This document shows positions 18,718-28,694 of a DNA stretch of 55,284 nucleotides, piece by piece. Location of the stretch: assembly GCA_034721855.1 (NCBI GenBank), contig JAYENB010000159.1, forward strand, positions 1 through 55,284, in the 5' to 3' direction. The DNA comes from Bacteroidota bacterium (GTDB taxonomy: Bacteria > Bacteroidota > Bacteroidia > Bacteroidales > ML635J-15). The position numbers were made by a program, and so were the translations under genes. The notes under the pieces are model-generated. The model ran no database searches. It saw only the letters and a list, made by a program, of their open reading frames with translations, and was not told where the DNA came from. Numbering within the stretch: position 1 is the first letter of the stretch; each line of letters starts with the position of its first letter.

Positions 18718-19524
18718 ATGATTAAATATTTTAAAATACTGATATTCATTTGCTTACCTTTATTCGCATATTCACAGGGTGAGATAATTCAACAAAAAGA
18801 ACTCAATTATTACAATACACATTCATTTGCTGGAAAATTAATATCAAGCGGCTGGGGAATAGACTATCGCTTTGGGTGGAGATATACAAACAAAACAAGG
18901 GGTTTTCTTGAAACCGATTTCAGTTATGTAAAAGACCCTAAAGAAATCAAAGTGTATAATCCGTATTTTGACAATCAAAAAAAGTTTGTTTATGGAAAAG
19001 TGAATAATGTATTCAGTCTTCAGATTGGAACAGGCATTAAAAAAGAAATTTTCAGCAAACAGGATAAAAATTCCATTTCCATATCTTATCAAATATCAGG
19101 GGGCCCTGTACTGGCTTTCGAAAAACCTATTTATTACCAGGTGGTGGATAGCTCTGAAATCATCGGAAATAAACAAATCTTTTACACCAGCCCGCAAAAA
19201 TTCAGTCTAAATCACCATAATCCCATTGATATCGTATCCAGAGAATCTTTTTTCAAAGGGATTGGGGAAACCAAGCTTACCCCTGGAGCCTACCTGAAAG
19301 GGTCAATGAATTTTGAATTCAGCAATGACAGATACAAAATAAATGCCATTGAAATTGGAGCTTATACAGAAATTTTTCCAAAAAAGATAACTATCCTGTC
19401 TGAACATGAAAAACAAATTTTCCTTGCTTTGTATTGCTCATATCGTTTTGGTTATAAGTACAGTACATTAATTTCCAGGGATGCAAGAAAATTTTTCAGG
19501 AAACAGGAAAAACAAAACAATTGA
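18718..19524 (+). CDS. Secreted protein of unknown function, possibly an outer-membrane beta-barrel
   Basis: The signal peptide is MIKYFKILIFICLPLFAYSQ. The sequence has an alternating aromatic/hydrophilic pattern and an aromatic-rich C-terminal region. Confidence 0.65.
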   Translation: MIKYFKILIFICLPLFAYSQGEIIQQKELNYYNTHSFAGKLISSGWGIDYRFGWRYTNKTRGFLETDFSYVKDPKEIKVYNPYFDNQKKFVYGKVNNVFSLQIGTGIKKEIFSKQDKNSISISYQISGGPVLAFEKPIYYQVVDSSEIIGNKQIFYTSPQKFSLNHHNPIDIVSRESFFKGIGETKLTPGAYLKGSMNFEFSNDRYKINAIEIGAYTEIFPKKITILSEHEKQIFLALYCSYRFGYKYSTLISRDARKFFRKQEKQNN

Positions 19525-19633
19525 TAAATCGCAACTCAATAATAAAATAAATTTGGATTTCTAATCTTTAGTAATTATATTAGTGCCTTATTAATTTGTG
19601 TTGGCAACAACTAATGAAACAAAAGTTAAAATT

Positions 19634-22555
19634 ATGAAAATGAAGAACTTATTTAAAATTACAACCGTGGTTGTTCTGTCGGGAACTATAATTGGTCTTT
19701 TCTTTTTTAACACCAACGAGGAAAAAAGACACTATATACCCCAGGAAAACAACCCTGTCTATGAATCCGGATTTAAAGGAGCTGCAAAGTGGATCCACGA
19801 GCGGAGAGCAAACCAGGAAACCGGAACTGTTGATATAAAAGATATCAGAAGAGCACATGCACAAATCACCGCATTGCAAAAGAAAAAATCAGGTTTAGAT
19901 TTATCATGGAAAGACGTTGGACCTACCAACATTGGTGGACGTACACGTGCTATTGTAGTTGATAAAAACAATCCTGACATTATGTATGCAGGTGGTGTAA
20001 GCGGTGGGTTATGGATGTCCACAACTGCAGGTCTTTCATGGGAACAAATCCATTATGAAGGAAGTGAATACACAAGTGATTTCCCCAACCTTGCCATTGC
20101 AAGCATGTGTCAGGCTGCTAACGGAGATATTTACTTCGGTACCGGCGAAGGCCATTACAAACCTTACCCTGCAGGCACTGGTAAACGTGGCCTTAAAGGG
20201 GCAGGAATATGGAAATCTACCGATGGTGAAACGTTTACACACCTTGAATCAACTTTTGACACAGAAGATGCACAGGATGCATTTTCCTATGTAAACAAAC
20301 TGGCAGCCGATCCTAACAATGCCAATCGTATTTTTGCAGCCACAAAGGGAGGACTGCGCTTAACTGAAGATGGAGGACAAACTTGGTCCAACCCGGTAGA
20401 AAATATTGCCGGCGGACCGCTGGGAGGTTTTGCAGGAGATGTAAAAATAAGCTCTAATGGAAATATTGTTATTGCAAATATTGGTAACGATGCCTATGTT
20501 TCTCATGACGGAGGAGCTCAGGGTACTTATGAAAAAGTTTCTGGCACTGAAGACAACCAAATATCCGCTGCAGCTCGCTTAGAATTTGATATCGCACCAA
20601 CAAATCCCAATTACATTTATTGTCAGGCCTCCAAAGGAGGTGGTTCTTTGTTAAACATATACCGCTCTACTGATGGTGGTTTGAATTGGGAAATTATCGG
20701 ACAAGGAGGCAGTACAGCTTTTAACCCCCTTGGTGACCAGGGAACATTTGATAACGTTATAGCAGTATTTCCGGATAATGAAGATGAAATAATAGTAGGT
20801 GGACAACTTAACGTATGGAAATGGCAACATGGAGGAAATTGGACCATTAAATCTTCAAGTTACGTAGAAGAAACCAGTACTTATTATGTGCATGCTGATC
20901 AACACGCCATTACTTTCCATCCCAACAACCCGGACATTGTATATATAGGTTGTGACGGCGGAATTTACCGTTCCCTTGACAGAGGTAATACCTGGGAGAG
21001 TTTGAATAAAAACTACAACATTACACAGTTCTATGCAATCGGACACGGCCCTGATGGTAGTATAATCGGAGGAACACAAGACAATGGAAGCCTTCTTTAT
21101 GATCCAGATCAAATCATTACAGATGGCACTGCATACCCCTACTATGAAGTTAGTGGCGGTGATGGAGGCTACGCAGCTATCTCACAAATAAAACCAAACA
21201 TCATCTTCTCAACAGTATATTATGGTAGTTTATACCGGTCCGAGGAACAAGGAGAAGATGCTACAATGTTTCCCTTCTATGACGGAAGAGTTACCTCCGA
21301 ATATACTGTCGGAGAACAAGGCGAAGCTAACTTTGTTACGCCGATAGCGTTATGGGAATCATTTTATGATGTCAACTCCAAAGATTCTGTGGAATTTGTT
21401 TTGTCATCCAATACCCCAATGAATACAACCGTTCAGGTTCCAAGTGAAACATCTTCTGACCTGAATATGACATGGACAGCCGATCAATTTTATATGGAAG
21501 GTGATACCATCAGCATTCCGGACAGATATCAGGCGGCTCTTGCTGTAGGTTTTAATGGAACTGTATTTGTTACCCGTGAACCTCTTAATTTCAAGGAAGA
21601 CCCTGCTCCATGGTTCCCTGTTGCATATAATGTCGGGATGGTTGAAACCATGGAATGGGATGCAAAAGGAGAAAATTTATTTGTCGCCAACAATAATGGA
21701 AGCCTTTACAGAATTTCCGGCTTTGAAAACGCTTACGCCGATTCTTTATTGGATGCTGACCACACCTCATTTGCATTAACCAAAACACGCATTGCCAATT
21801 TCCCGAACAGGTATATCACAGGTATTGCTGTTGATCCTTCTGATGCAAATAAGGTAGTAGTCACTTTAGGACAATTTGGAAACCCATCTAATATTTATTA
21901 CTCAACAGAAGCATTAACAGCAGATGAAACAAGCTCATCAGGCACGTTTGAAGACAAGCAGGGAGACCTGCCTCAAATGCCCCTGTACGATGCAATTATT
22001 GTGTGGGATAACGGCAACAGGGTAATAGTTGGAAGTGAATATGGTATATTTGCTACCAACTTCATTGGCGCTATAACACCAAGCTGGACAGATGAAACCA
22101 ATGGTGCAGATTATACAGCAGTCTATGACATGACACAGCAAATTTTCCCCAATGGTTACAACCATGATCTTAAACAATTTACTCCCGTCAAAAATCATGG
22201 TCATATCTGGGCAGGCACACATGGTCGTGGTATTTTCTTGTGTGATAAATTTGAAGGGCCTGTTGGAATTGAACCAGGTGAAGAATTGGCAAATCAAACA
22301 GATTCAAAACTGAATATTTACCCCAATCCGGCATCCAATATCCTGAACGCTGAATTTAGTTTGGATTCACCCGGGAATGTAACATTGAAAGTCTATGACA
22401 TCAATGGCAGATTGATGAAACAGCGACAATTCAATGGTTTACTCAAAGGCCATCATAACAAATCCATAAATGTAAGCAACCTCAGCAGAGGTACATATAT
22501 TATACATATAGATGATGGAAATCATGTTGAAACATCACGCCTGGTTGTAAACTAA
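19634..22555 (+). CDS. BNR/Asp-box repeat (sortilin/VPS10-like) protein with T9SS C-terminal sorting domain
   Basis: Asp-box motifs STDGETF, TEDGGQTW, STDGGLNW and SLDRGNTW are present. The C-terminus LNIYPNPASNILNAEF...GTYIIHIDDGNHVETSRLVVN is typical of a T9SS CTD. Confidence 0.85.
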   Translation: MKMKNLFKITTVVVLSGTIIGLFFFNTNEEKRHYIPQENNPVYESGFKGAAKWIHERRANQETGTVDIKDIRRAHAQITALQKKKSGLDLSWKDVGPTNIGGRTRAIVVDKNNPDIMYAGGVSGGLWMSTTAGLSWEQIHYEGSEYTSDFPNLAIASMCQAANGDIYFGTGEGHYKPYPAGTGKRGLKGAGIWKSTDGETFTHLESTFDTEDAQDAFSYVNKLAADPNNANRIFAATKGGLRLTEDGGQTWSNPVENIAGGPLGGFAGDVKISSNGNIVIANIGNDAYVSHDGGAQGTYEKVSGTEDNQISAAARLEFDIAPTNPNYIYCQASKGGGSLLNIYRSTDGGLNWEIIGQGGSTAFNPLGDQGTFDNVIAVFPDNEDEIIVGGQLNVWKWQHGGNWTIKSSSYVEETSTYYVHADQHAITFHPNNPDIVYIGCDGGIYRSLDRGNTWESLNKNYNITQFYAIGHGPDGSIIGGTQDNGSLLYDPDQIITDGTAYPYYEVSGGDGGYAAISQIKPNIIFSTVYYGSLYRSEEQGEDATMFPFYDGRVTSEYTVGEQGEANFVTPIALWESFYDVNSKDSVEFVLSSNTPMNTTVQVPSETSSDLNMTWTADQFYMEGDTISIPDRYQAALAVGFNGTVFVTREPLNFKEDPAPWFPVAYNVGMVETMEWDAKGENLFVANNNGSLYRISGFENAYADSLLDADHTSFALTKTRIANFPNRYITGIAVDPSDANKVVVTLGQFGNPSNIYYSTEALTADETSSSGTFEDKQGDLPQMPLYDAIIVWDNGNRVIVGSEYGIFATNFIGAITPSWTDETNGADYTAVYDMTQQIFPNGYNHDLKQFTPVKNHGHIWAGTHGRGIFLCDKFEGPVGIEPGEELANQTDSKLNIYPNPASNILNAEFSLDSPGNVTLKVYDINGRLMKQRQFNGLLKGHHNKSINVSNLSRGTYIIHIDDGNHVETSRLVVN

Positions 22556-22650
22556 TGGAGTAATGACATACTTAACCCGGATAAACCGGAAAACTCAAAA
22601 ACTTTGAATTTTCTGCCAAAAATTACATGAATATTATTGATAAGATACTA

Positions 22651-22688
22651 AAAGGCTTTGCTAATTAGCAAGGCCTTTATTATTTTTG
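22651..22688 (+). terminator. Possible intrinsic terminator after the BNR protein gene
   Basis: The hairpin aaaggctttgcta/tagcaaggccttt is followed by a T-rich run (ttattattttt). Confidence 0.4.
22681..22688 (+). promoter_or_regulatory. Candidate -7 box (TAnnTTTG) for gap
   Basis: TATTTTTG lies 34 nt upstream of the ATG at 22722. A TTTG at 22656-22659 sits about 21 nt upstream, as expected for a -33 element. Confidence 0.4.
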
Positions 22689-22721
22689 CACTTATTAATA
22701 ATCATATAAAAATTAAATACT

Positions 22722-23726
22722 ATGTCAAAAATAAATGTAGCTATTAACGGATTCGGTCGTATTGGCCGAAGTGCTTTTAAAATTGCCCTTGAAAGGGACA
22801 ATATGAATATTATTGGAATCAACGATCTGACGGATACCAAAACATTAGCCAACCTGTTAAAATATGATTCAACACAGGGTACTTATAACAAAACAGTGTC
22901 ATATACCGATTCATATCTCGTGGTAGATGGTCTTGAAATTCCTGTCCATGCAGAAAAATCACCTGCATCAATTCCCTGGAAGACAACTCCTGAGGTGGTG
23001 ATTGAATCTACTGGGATATTCAGAAAACGTGAAGATGCCAAAGGTGGATACGGTGATCACCTGAAAAACGGAGCAAAAAAGGTTATTCTGACTGTTCCGG
23101 CTAAAGATAAAATTGATGCCATGATTGTACTTGGGGTAAACGATGAGGTTCTAAAACCTGAACATACATGTGTTTCCAATGCATCATGCACAACAAACTG
23201 CCTGGCTCCCGTTGTCAAAGTACTGCACGACAATTTTGGCATCAAGCAGGGGCTAATGACCACCATTCATTCTTACACCAACGATCAGGTTACCCTGGAT
23301 TCACCTCACAAGGACTTACGACGTGGCAGAGCTGCTGCTGTCTCTCAAATACCAACCACAACAGGTGCAGCCATTGCAGTTGGAAAAGTGATTCCTGAAC
23401 TGAACGGCAGATTAGATGGCATGGCCGTTCGTGTTCCCACACCAAACGGTTCACTGATTGATTTTACAGCCTCACTGAACACAAAAACAAGCAAAGAAGA
23501 GATAAATAACGCATTTAAAGAAGCAGCTAAAAATCACATGAAAGGCATATTACAATACACAACTGATCCATTGGTTTCTGTTGATATCATCGGAAATCCA
23601 CATTCATCCGTTTTTGATTCTTCATTAACTATGGTAAATGACAATATGGTAAAAGTTATCAGTTGGTATGATAATGAATGGGCATATTCAACACGTGTTG
23701 TTGACTTGATTGAAAGATTGGGTTAA
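22722..23726 (+). CDS. gap: Glyceraldehyde-3-phosphate dehydrogenase (type I)
   Basis: Motifs INGFGRIGR, SNASCTTNCLAP and WYDNEW are present. Confidence 0.95.
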   Translation: MSKINVAINGFGRIGRSAFKIALERDNMNIIGINDLTDTKTLANLLKYDSTQGTYNKTVSYTDSYLVVDGLEIPVHAEKSPASIPWKTTPEVVIESTGIFRKREDAKGGYGDHLKNGAKKVILTVPAKDKIDAMIVLGVNDEVLKPEHTCVSNASCTTNCLAPVVKVLHDNFGIKQGLMTTIHSYTNDQVTLDSPHKDLRRGRAAAVSQIPTTTGAAIAVGKVIPELNGRLDGMAVRVPTPNGSLIDFTASLNTKTSKEEINNAFKEAAKNHMKGILQYTTDPLVSVDIIGNPHSSVFDSSLTMVNDNMVKVISWYDNEWAYSTRVVDLIERLG

Positions 23727-23783
23727 AGGAACTTCTATTAATTTCATAGATAATACCGTCTTGTTCTCAGCAGGGCGGTTTTT

Positions 23784-25034
23784 TTATTCATACCTGAGGG
23801 CTTCAATGGCATCAAGACGTGAGGCTTTCACAGCCGGGAAATAACCGGATACTACCCCCACAACAAAACACAAGAGGACACCTGAAATCACCCATCCCCA
23901 CGGGACAATAAAACCACCCCCTGTGATAAGGGCAACACCATTTCCAGCCAGGATTCCAAACACAATGCCTAAAACACCTCCTAGCTGACCAATGAAAACC
24001 GACTCAAATAAAAACTGTTGTTTGATTGTGGAAGCTTTCGCCCCCAGCGCTTTCCTGACACCAATTTCCCGTGTTCTTTCTGCCACAGAAACCAACATAA
24101 TATTCATCAACCCTATACCTGCTCCTATTAGTGTAATCAGACCAATAATTGTTGCGCCAATGGTTACCACACTAATGTTTTCCAGCATCATATTTGACAC
24201 ACGGTCAGCACTGCGAATACGAAAATCATTCTCATCGTATAATGTCAATCTACGGATACGCCTGAAAATCCCTTCGGCTTCATTTTTAGCAAGCTCCAGA
24301 TCATCAGGATCCAAAGGCATGATGGTAATGCGGTATGAATAATCATAATATCCGGCAAAAGTTTTTCTCATGTTGGAAATGGGAATCAGGCAAAATTTAT
24401 CACCGGTGCCTCCAAAACTCGTTCCCTGTGATTTGAGCACACCCAGGACAGAGTAAGTAGCATTTCCAACCTGAATTTTTTTCCCAACGGGATTTTCATT
24501 CCCTGTAAATAATTCCGAAGCTATTGCTGATCCAATGATAACAAAAGGCACATTGCTCTGTGCTTCCTGCTGTGTAAAATTTCTTCCCCTTGCCAATTCA
24601 TAGTTAGATACAGCCAGGTAATTTTCATCCACACCAGTTACTTCAATATTTGGGTTGGTTTTTTCCGATTTGTATTTACAGGTAGCTACCCCTGTGGCTT
24701 CACAATTGACGGAGACTTTAGCCGGAAAATTAAAAGCCTCTTTAAACTGCATGGCATCATTAAAAGAAATATTTTTGATATCCTGTTTTCTCCGGTTTCC
24801 CCCCCCACCTTTTACATGCCGGCGCATTTTTACCAGGGTGAAAGTATTGGCTCCCATGTTGGAAAATTCACTACTAATGGAGTTTTTGATTGATTCAACG
24901 GCTGTCAGAATACCCACCAGCGCTGTAATCCCAAATGCAATGATCAAAACGGTCAGGATGGTCCGTAATAAATTGGTACGTATGGATACCAATGCAATTT
25001 TTATGTTTTCAGAAAAAAGCCGGCCTATTTTCAT
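23784..25034 (-). CDS. ABC transporter permease, MacB/FtsX family
   Basis: It has an N-terminal TM helix, a large periplasmic domain and a C-terminal FtsX domain (REIGVRKALGA...). The start MKIGRLFSENIKIAL is at 25034. Confidence 0.88.
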   Translation of the reverse strand: MKIGRLFSENIKIALVSIRTNLLRTILTVLIIAFGITALVGILTAVESIKNSISSEFSNMGANTFTLVKMRRHVKGGGGNRRKQDIKNISFNDAMQFKEAFNFPAKVSVNCEATGVATCKYKSEKTNPNIEVTGVDENYLAVSNYELARGRNFTQQEAQSNVPFVIIGSAIASELFTGNENPVGKKIQVGNATYSVLGVLKSQGTSFGGTGDKFCLIPISNMRKTFAGYYDYSYRITIMPLDPDDLELAKNEAEGIFRRIRRLTLYDENDFRIRSADRVSNMMLENISVVTIGATIIGLITLIGAGIGLMNIMLVSVAERTREIGVRKALGAKASTIKQQFLFESVFIGQLGGVLGIVFGILAGNGVALITGGGFIVPWGWVISGVLLCFVVGVVSGYFPAVKASRLDAIEALRYE

Positions 25035-25110
25035 TTTATAACTAAATCTTTTTCTTAAAAATAAACAAAACGATAAAAATATTTCTAAAATTATGACAAG
25101 ATAACACAAA

Positions 25111-25254
25111 ATGAAGAAATTTTACATAATTTTTATTTTTTTGATTGCTGGTTTTACTGGTTTAGCCCAAACAGGCACAATCAAAGGCAGGATTTTTGAT
25201 AAAACAAACAACGAACCACTCCCTTTTTCCAATATATATATAGGTTCAGTCTAA
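25111..25254 (+). pseudogene. 47-codon stub of a TonB-dependent receptor / carboxypeptidase-regulatory-domain protein
   Basis: MKKFYIIFIFLIAGFTGLAQTGTIKGRIFDKTNNEPLPFSNIYIGSV has a signal peptide followed by the typical start of a CarboxypepD_reg domain. It then hits a TAA that lies inside a repeat terminus. Confidence 0.55.
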
Positions 25255-25280
25255 AAAGTCAAAATAACAAAATTTACATG
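25245..25280. repeat. Solo terminal segment of the 12246-12536 element family
   Basis: ttcagtctaaaaagtcaaaataacaaaatttacatggtttt (25245-25285) matches the reverse complement of 12496-12536 at 36 of 41 positions. The annotated coordinates cover the core of that match. Confidence 0.6.
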
Positions 25281-25288
25281 GTTTTACA

Positions 25289-25296
25289 TACCTTTG
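25289..25296 (+). promoter_or_regulatory. Candidate -7 box (TAnnTTTG) for the flippase gene
   Basis: TACCTTTG lies 26 nt upstream of the ATG at 25322. Confidence 0.4.
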
Positions 25297-25321
25297 CATG
25301 AGAATTTACGTTTTTAACAAA

Positions 25322-26710
25322 ATGCAATTAAAATCTTTCATAAAAAAAGACTTAAACCTGGTTGAACTTTTTAAAGGCGGCGCCATTGCCCTGTTTTTTA
25401 AATTTGCATCAGTCATCATCGGGTATTTCTTTTTCTGGTACCTGGCACAATTAGTGGGAGCCGAAGGGGTCGGGGTATTTTCCACCGGCTGGACAATCCT
25501 GATGATTGGAACCGTGTTCGGTAAATTGGGATTTGACACATCCATTGTCAAATTCCTTGCCGAAAGCATGGGAAAACAACACACTCATCATATAAAACCG
25601 ATTTACAAACATTGTATTCTGATTGTCCTGGCAAGCAGCACGCTGGTAGCTATTATTTTAGTGGCAACGGCTTTACCCATAAGTCAATTGTTTTTTAAAA
25701 ACACAGACTATGCAAGCCTTATCAGAATTGTTGGGATTTCAGTCATCCCATTGAGTTTAATGAATTACAATGCAGAAAGCATGAAAGGATTGAAAAAAAT
25801 CACGGCATTTTCACTTTTTCAAAATGGCAGCATATATGTTCTTACCTTACTCATTATTTGGATTTTTAGCTTTCATTCCGTTGATAACACAACAAGCATA
25901 TACAGTTTATTGCTTGCTATCATTGTTTTATTAATCATTAGCTTTTGGGCTTTTCAATACTATCTAAAACGCATACCACGTCCCCAAACAGAAAAGCCAA
26001 AATACAAATTCGAGCTAAAAAGCATCCTCAATATTACTTTACCAATGATGCTAACCAACTCACTATTTCTTATCATGAGCTGGATGGACATTCTGATGCT
26101 TTCAGCGTTTAAAACGCAGGCTGATGTCGGTATTTATAATACAGCCTTGAAAATTGCGGCATGTATCAGCATTACACTTGTAGCAATAAGCAGTATTGCT
26201 GCTCCTAAAATTGCTGAATTACACGGGCGAAATGACACGAAAGGCTTTAGACGATTTGTGAAACAAACCAGCTTTTTAAATTTCAGCATCTCTTTACCAA
26301 TTTTTTTGGTCATTATCCTTTTTCCTGGATTTTTACTTGGTATTTTTGGACAGGAATTTACTACCGGGGCTTCTACACTGATAATACTTGCCATCGGCCA
26401 GGTATTTGGCGCATTTTCAGGAGCAACAATTCACATTTTGAACATGACCGGATATGAAAAAATATCCCGGAATATTTTGTTATCAACCGCCACAATTAAT
26501 CTCATCCTGAACTACATACTGGTTCCAAGATATGGCATGACAGGCGCTGCTATTGCAACCAGTATCTCAACTATTTTGTGGAATTTATTGTCTGAAATTG
26601 TCATATATCAAAAATTCAGGTTCCTTACTTATCCTCTTATTTCTTTAAAAAAAGCAATGGGAATAAAAAATGACATAATGAAACCCCCATCTCAAGAAAA
26701 ACAGTCATGA
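25322..26710 (+). CDS. MOP-superfamily polysaccharide/oligosaccharide flippase (Wzx-like)
   Basis: It has about 12 or more predicted TM helices, and its length and hydrophobic pattern are typical of polysaccharide biosynthesis flippases. Confidence 0.8.
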   Translation: MQLKSFIKKDLNLVELFKGGAIALFFKFASVIIGYFFFWYLAQLVGAEGVGVFSTGWTILMIGTVFGKLGFDTSIVKFLAESMGKQHTHHIKPIYKHCILIVLASSTLVAIILVATALPISQLFFKNTDYASLIRIVGISVIPLSLMNYNAESMKGLKKITAFSLFQNGSIYVLTLLIIWIFSFHSVDNTTSIYSLLLAIIVLLIISFWAFQYYLKRIPRPQTEKPKYKFELKSILNITLPMMLTNSLFLIMSWMDILMLSAFKTQADVGIYNTALKIAACISITLVAISSIAAPKIAELHGRNDTKGFRRFVKQTSFLNFSISLPIFLVIILFPGFLLGIFGQEFTTGASTLIILAIGQVFGAFSGATIHILNMTGYEKISRNILLSTATINLILNYILVPRYGMTGAAIATSISTILWNLLSEIVIYQKFRFLTYPLISLKKAMGIKNDIMKPPSQEKQS

Positions 26711-28596
26711 ATAAATTTTACGCATTCATTTTACTGCTAATTTCTGCATCATTGTCAGCACAGACAACCAGTAAGTTTGAGTATTTCAAACACATTCATC
26801 GTTCATCCGATGTTCGCAATCAACAAACACGGGAATTTGTACACATCATTGGTGATAACACACCGGACGAAACACTGATAATAACTACAGATACCGTGTT
26901 CACCGGTGATATGGCCATCATCAACGAGGGCAGTCTTATCCTTGAGGACAGTGCTTCCATGACACTTAACGGAAACCTGGTTATCATTGATAACAGCAGC
27001 ATTCAGGCAAATAATGCAGATTTCACTCTGAAGGGAAATTTTTACGCCTTTGGACATGCAATGAGCGACATGGATTCCTGCTTTATAAGCCTTCCTATGG
27101 ATTACAGGTATCAATACGCCCTTATTGCACTTGATACCACAGCGCTGTCATTTACAAACAGTCATTTTGATTTTGGAAATGGGTTGCTGAATGGGTACCT
27201 GGATAACCATACAAGCCTTAACATGGAGCGTGACACCTTTGCACAAACAGTTACCATGGGCCTGAGTGGCCATGCTGAGTTAAACCTCAGCCATGTTTAC
27301 AATGCCTGGGAATTTATTTTTGAGGATTCATGCACAGCAAGTTTTGACCACTGCACTAATCTCATTTTGTGGTTCCATTTTCCACACGATGCAACGGCAA
27401 GCTACAGCTTTCCTCCATCGGTATGGGTAGATTCCGTGCATTTCAATAACACCGTTGCTGGCCTTGAGGAAATACCCTATTCAGTGGAGATTGATTCGTG
27501 TTACAATGTCAATTGGGGGATGTTTCCCATGGCAGGCAGTGATGTCACCATCATAAATTCAGATATGAGAACCTGCGGGTTTATTTTTGATGATGGCGAA
27601 GAACACACTGTGAGCAGCCTTATGAATGAGCAGTTTTATACAGATGAGACCATAAATATTGACGACAGGAATCTGCATCTGATAAACTCACAAATACGTA
27701 CCTGGAACCTCTACACAATGGATACATCCGTACTTAACATAAACGGATGCTTGTTTGGAGAAGCACTGTCCATGCAATCTTCCACTATAAATGTAACAGG
27801 AGGTATTTGTGATGGCAGCGGCGGATATCTGGGCACAGAAAATTCAACCATGAATTGCTTTTCATCAAAAGTGGAATGCCAAATTTTGATGGAAAAACAA
27901 TCATCCGGTGGATTTATGGAATCTGAAATCTATTATCCCTGGGATGAGCATGTTTTTGCAGAGCACACCATTGTAGTTATGGCCAACACAACACACAATC
28001 AGGATTTTTCAGTGCGGGACACCTCTTTTCTGGTTGAGTTGTACCTGGATACACTGAATAATCAATCCATAAACGATGTTGTGGATATCCGTGGTACCGC
28101 TCGCAGCCTTGCAGGACAGGAATGCCCTTATTCTGTAACTGAATACCGGATTTTTTATGCCCTTGCAGATAATCCCGACAACCTGACTTTAATTGCCGAA
28201 GGTTTACCGGGAGAAATTCAGGATGCTGTTATTACTGAATGGAATACCGATGGCTTATCAGCAGGAAACTACATATTGTTCCTTGAGGCTATAGTAAACG
28301 GTAATTATGATGAACCTGTACGCATACCCCGGGAAGTGAACCTGTACGACCTTGTAAGGTTTGAAACAGAGAACAAAAATATTCCCGCCATCTGGCCTAA
28401 TCCTGCAAAAAACAAGCTCAATATACATATCCCCGGAAACCAAAGCGTGCCTGTGTCCATTGTTGATATGCTGGGTAAAACATGGCTTCAAGAGAAGCTA
28501 TCCGGAGAATTTAACAAGCTTGAGATTTGTAAGTTACCAGTAGGTCAGTACATCATTACGGTCGGGAATTTCAGAAGATTGTTTCAAAAACAGTAA
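26707..28596 (+). CDS. Secreted T9SS cargo protein of unknown function (beta-helix-like)
   Basis: The signal peptide is MNKFYAFILLLISASLSAQ. The CTD reads IWPNPAKNKLNIHIPG...GQYIITVGN. The start overlaps the flippase stop (ATGA). Confidence 0.8.
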   Translation: MNKFYAFILLLISASLSAQTTSKFEYFKHIHRSSDVRNQQTREFVHIIGDNTPDETLIITTDTVFTGDMAIINEGSLILEDSASMTLNGNLVIIDNSSIQANNADFTLKGNFYAFGHAMSDMDSCFISLPMDYRYQYALIALDTTALSFTNSHFDFGNGLLNGYLDNHTSLNMERDTFAQTVTMGLSGHAELNLSHVYNAWEFIFEDSCTASFDHCTNLILWFHFPHDATASYSFPPSVWVDSVHFNNTVAGLEEIPYSVEIDSCYNVNWGMFPMAGSDVTIINSDMRTCGFIFDDGEEHTVSSLMNEQFYTDETINIDDRNLHLINSQIRTWNLYTMDTSVLNINGCLFGEALSMQSSTINVTGGICDGSGGYLGTENSTMNCFSSKVECQILMEKQSSGGFMESEIYYPWDEHVFAEHTIVVMANTTHNQDFSVRDTSFLVELYLDTLNNQSINDVVDIRGTARSLAGQECPYSVTEYRIFYALADNPDNLTLIAEGLPGEIQDAVITEWNTDGLSAGNYILFLEAIVNGNYDEPVRIPREVNLYDLVRFETENKNIPAIWPNPAKNKLNIHIPGNQSVPVSIVDMLGKTWLQEKLSGEFNKLEICKLPVGQYIITVGNFRRLFQKQ

Positions 28597-28694
28597 CAGA
28601 AACATATTCTCACTGGGATTATCTGCAAATATAATTTCATTCTCACGCACTTGTAATCAGTGTAAACATACAGAATAATTACTTACCGCAAAAT

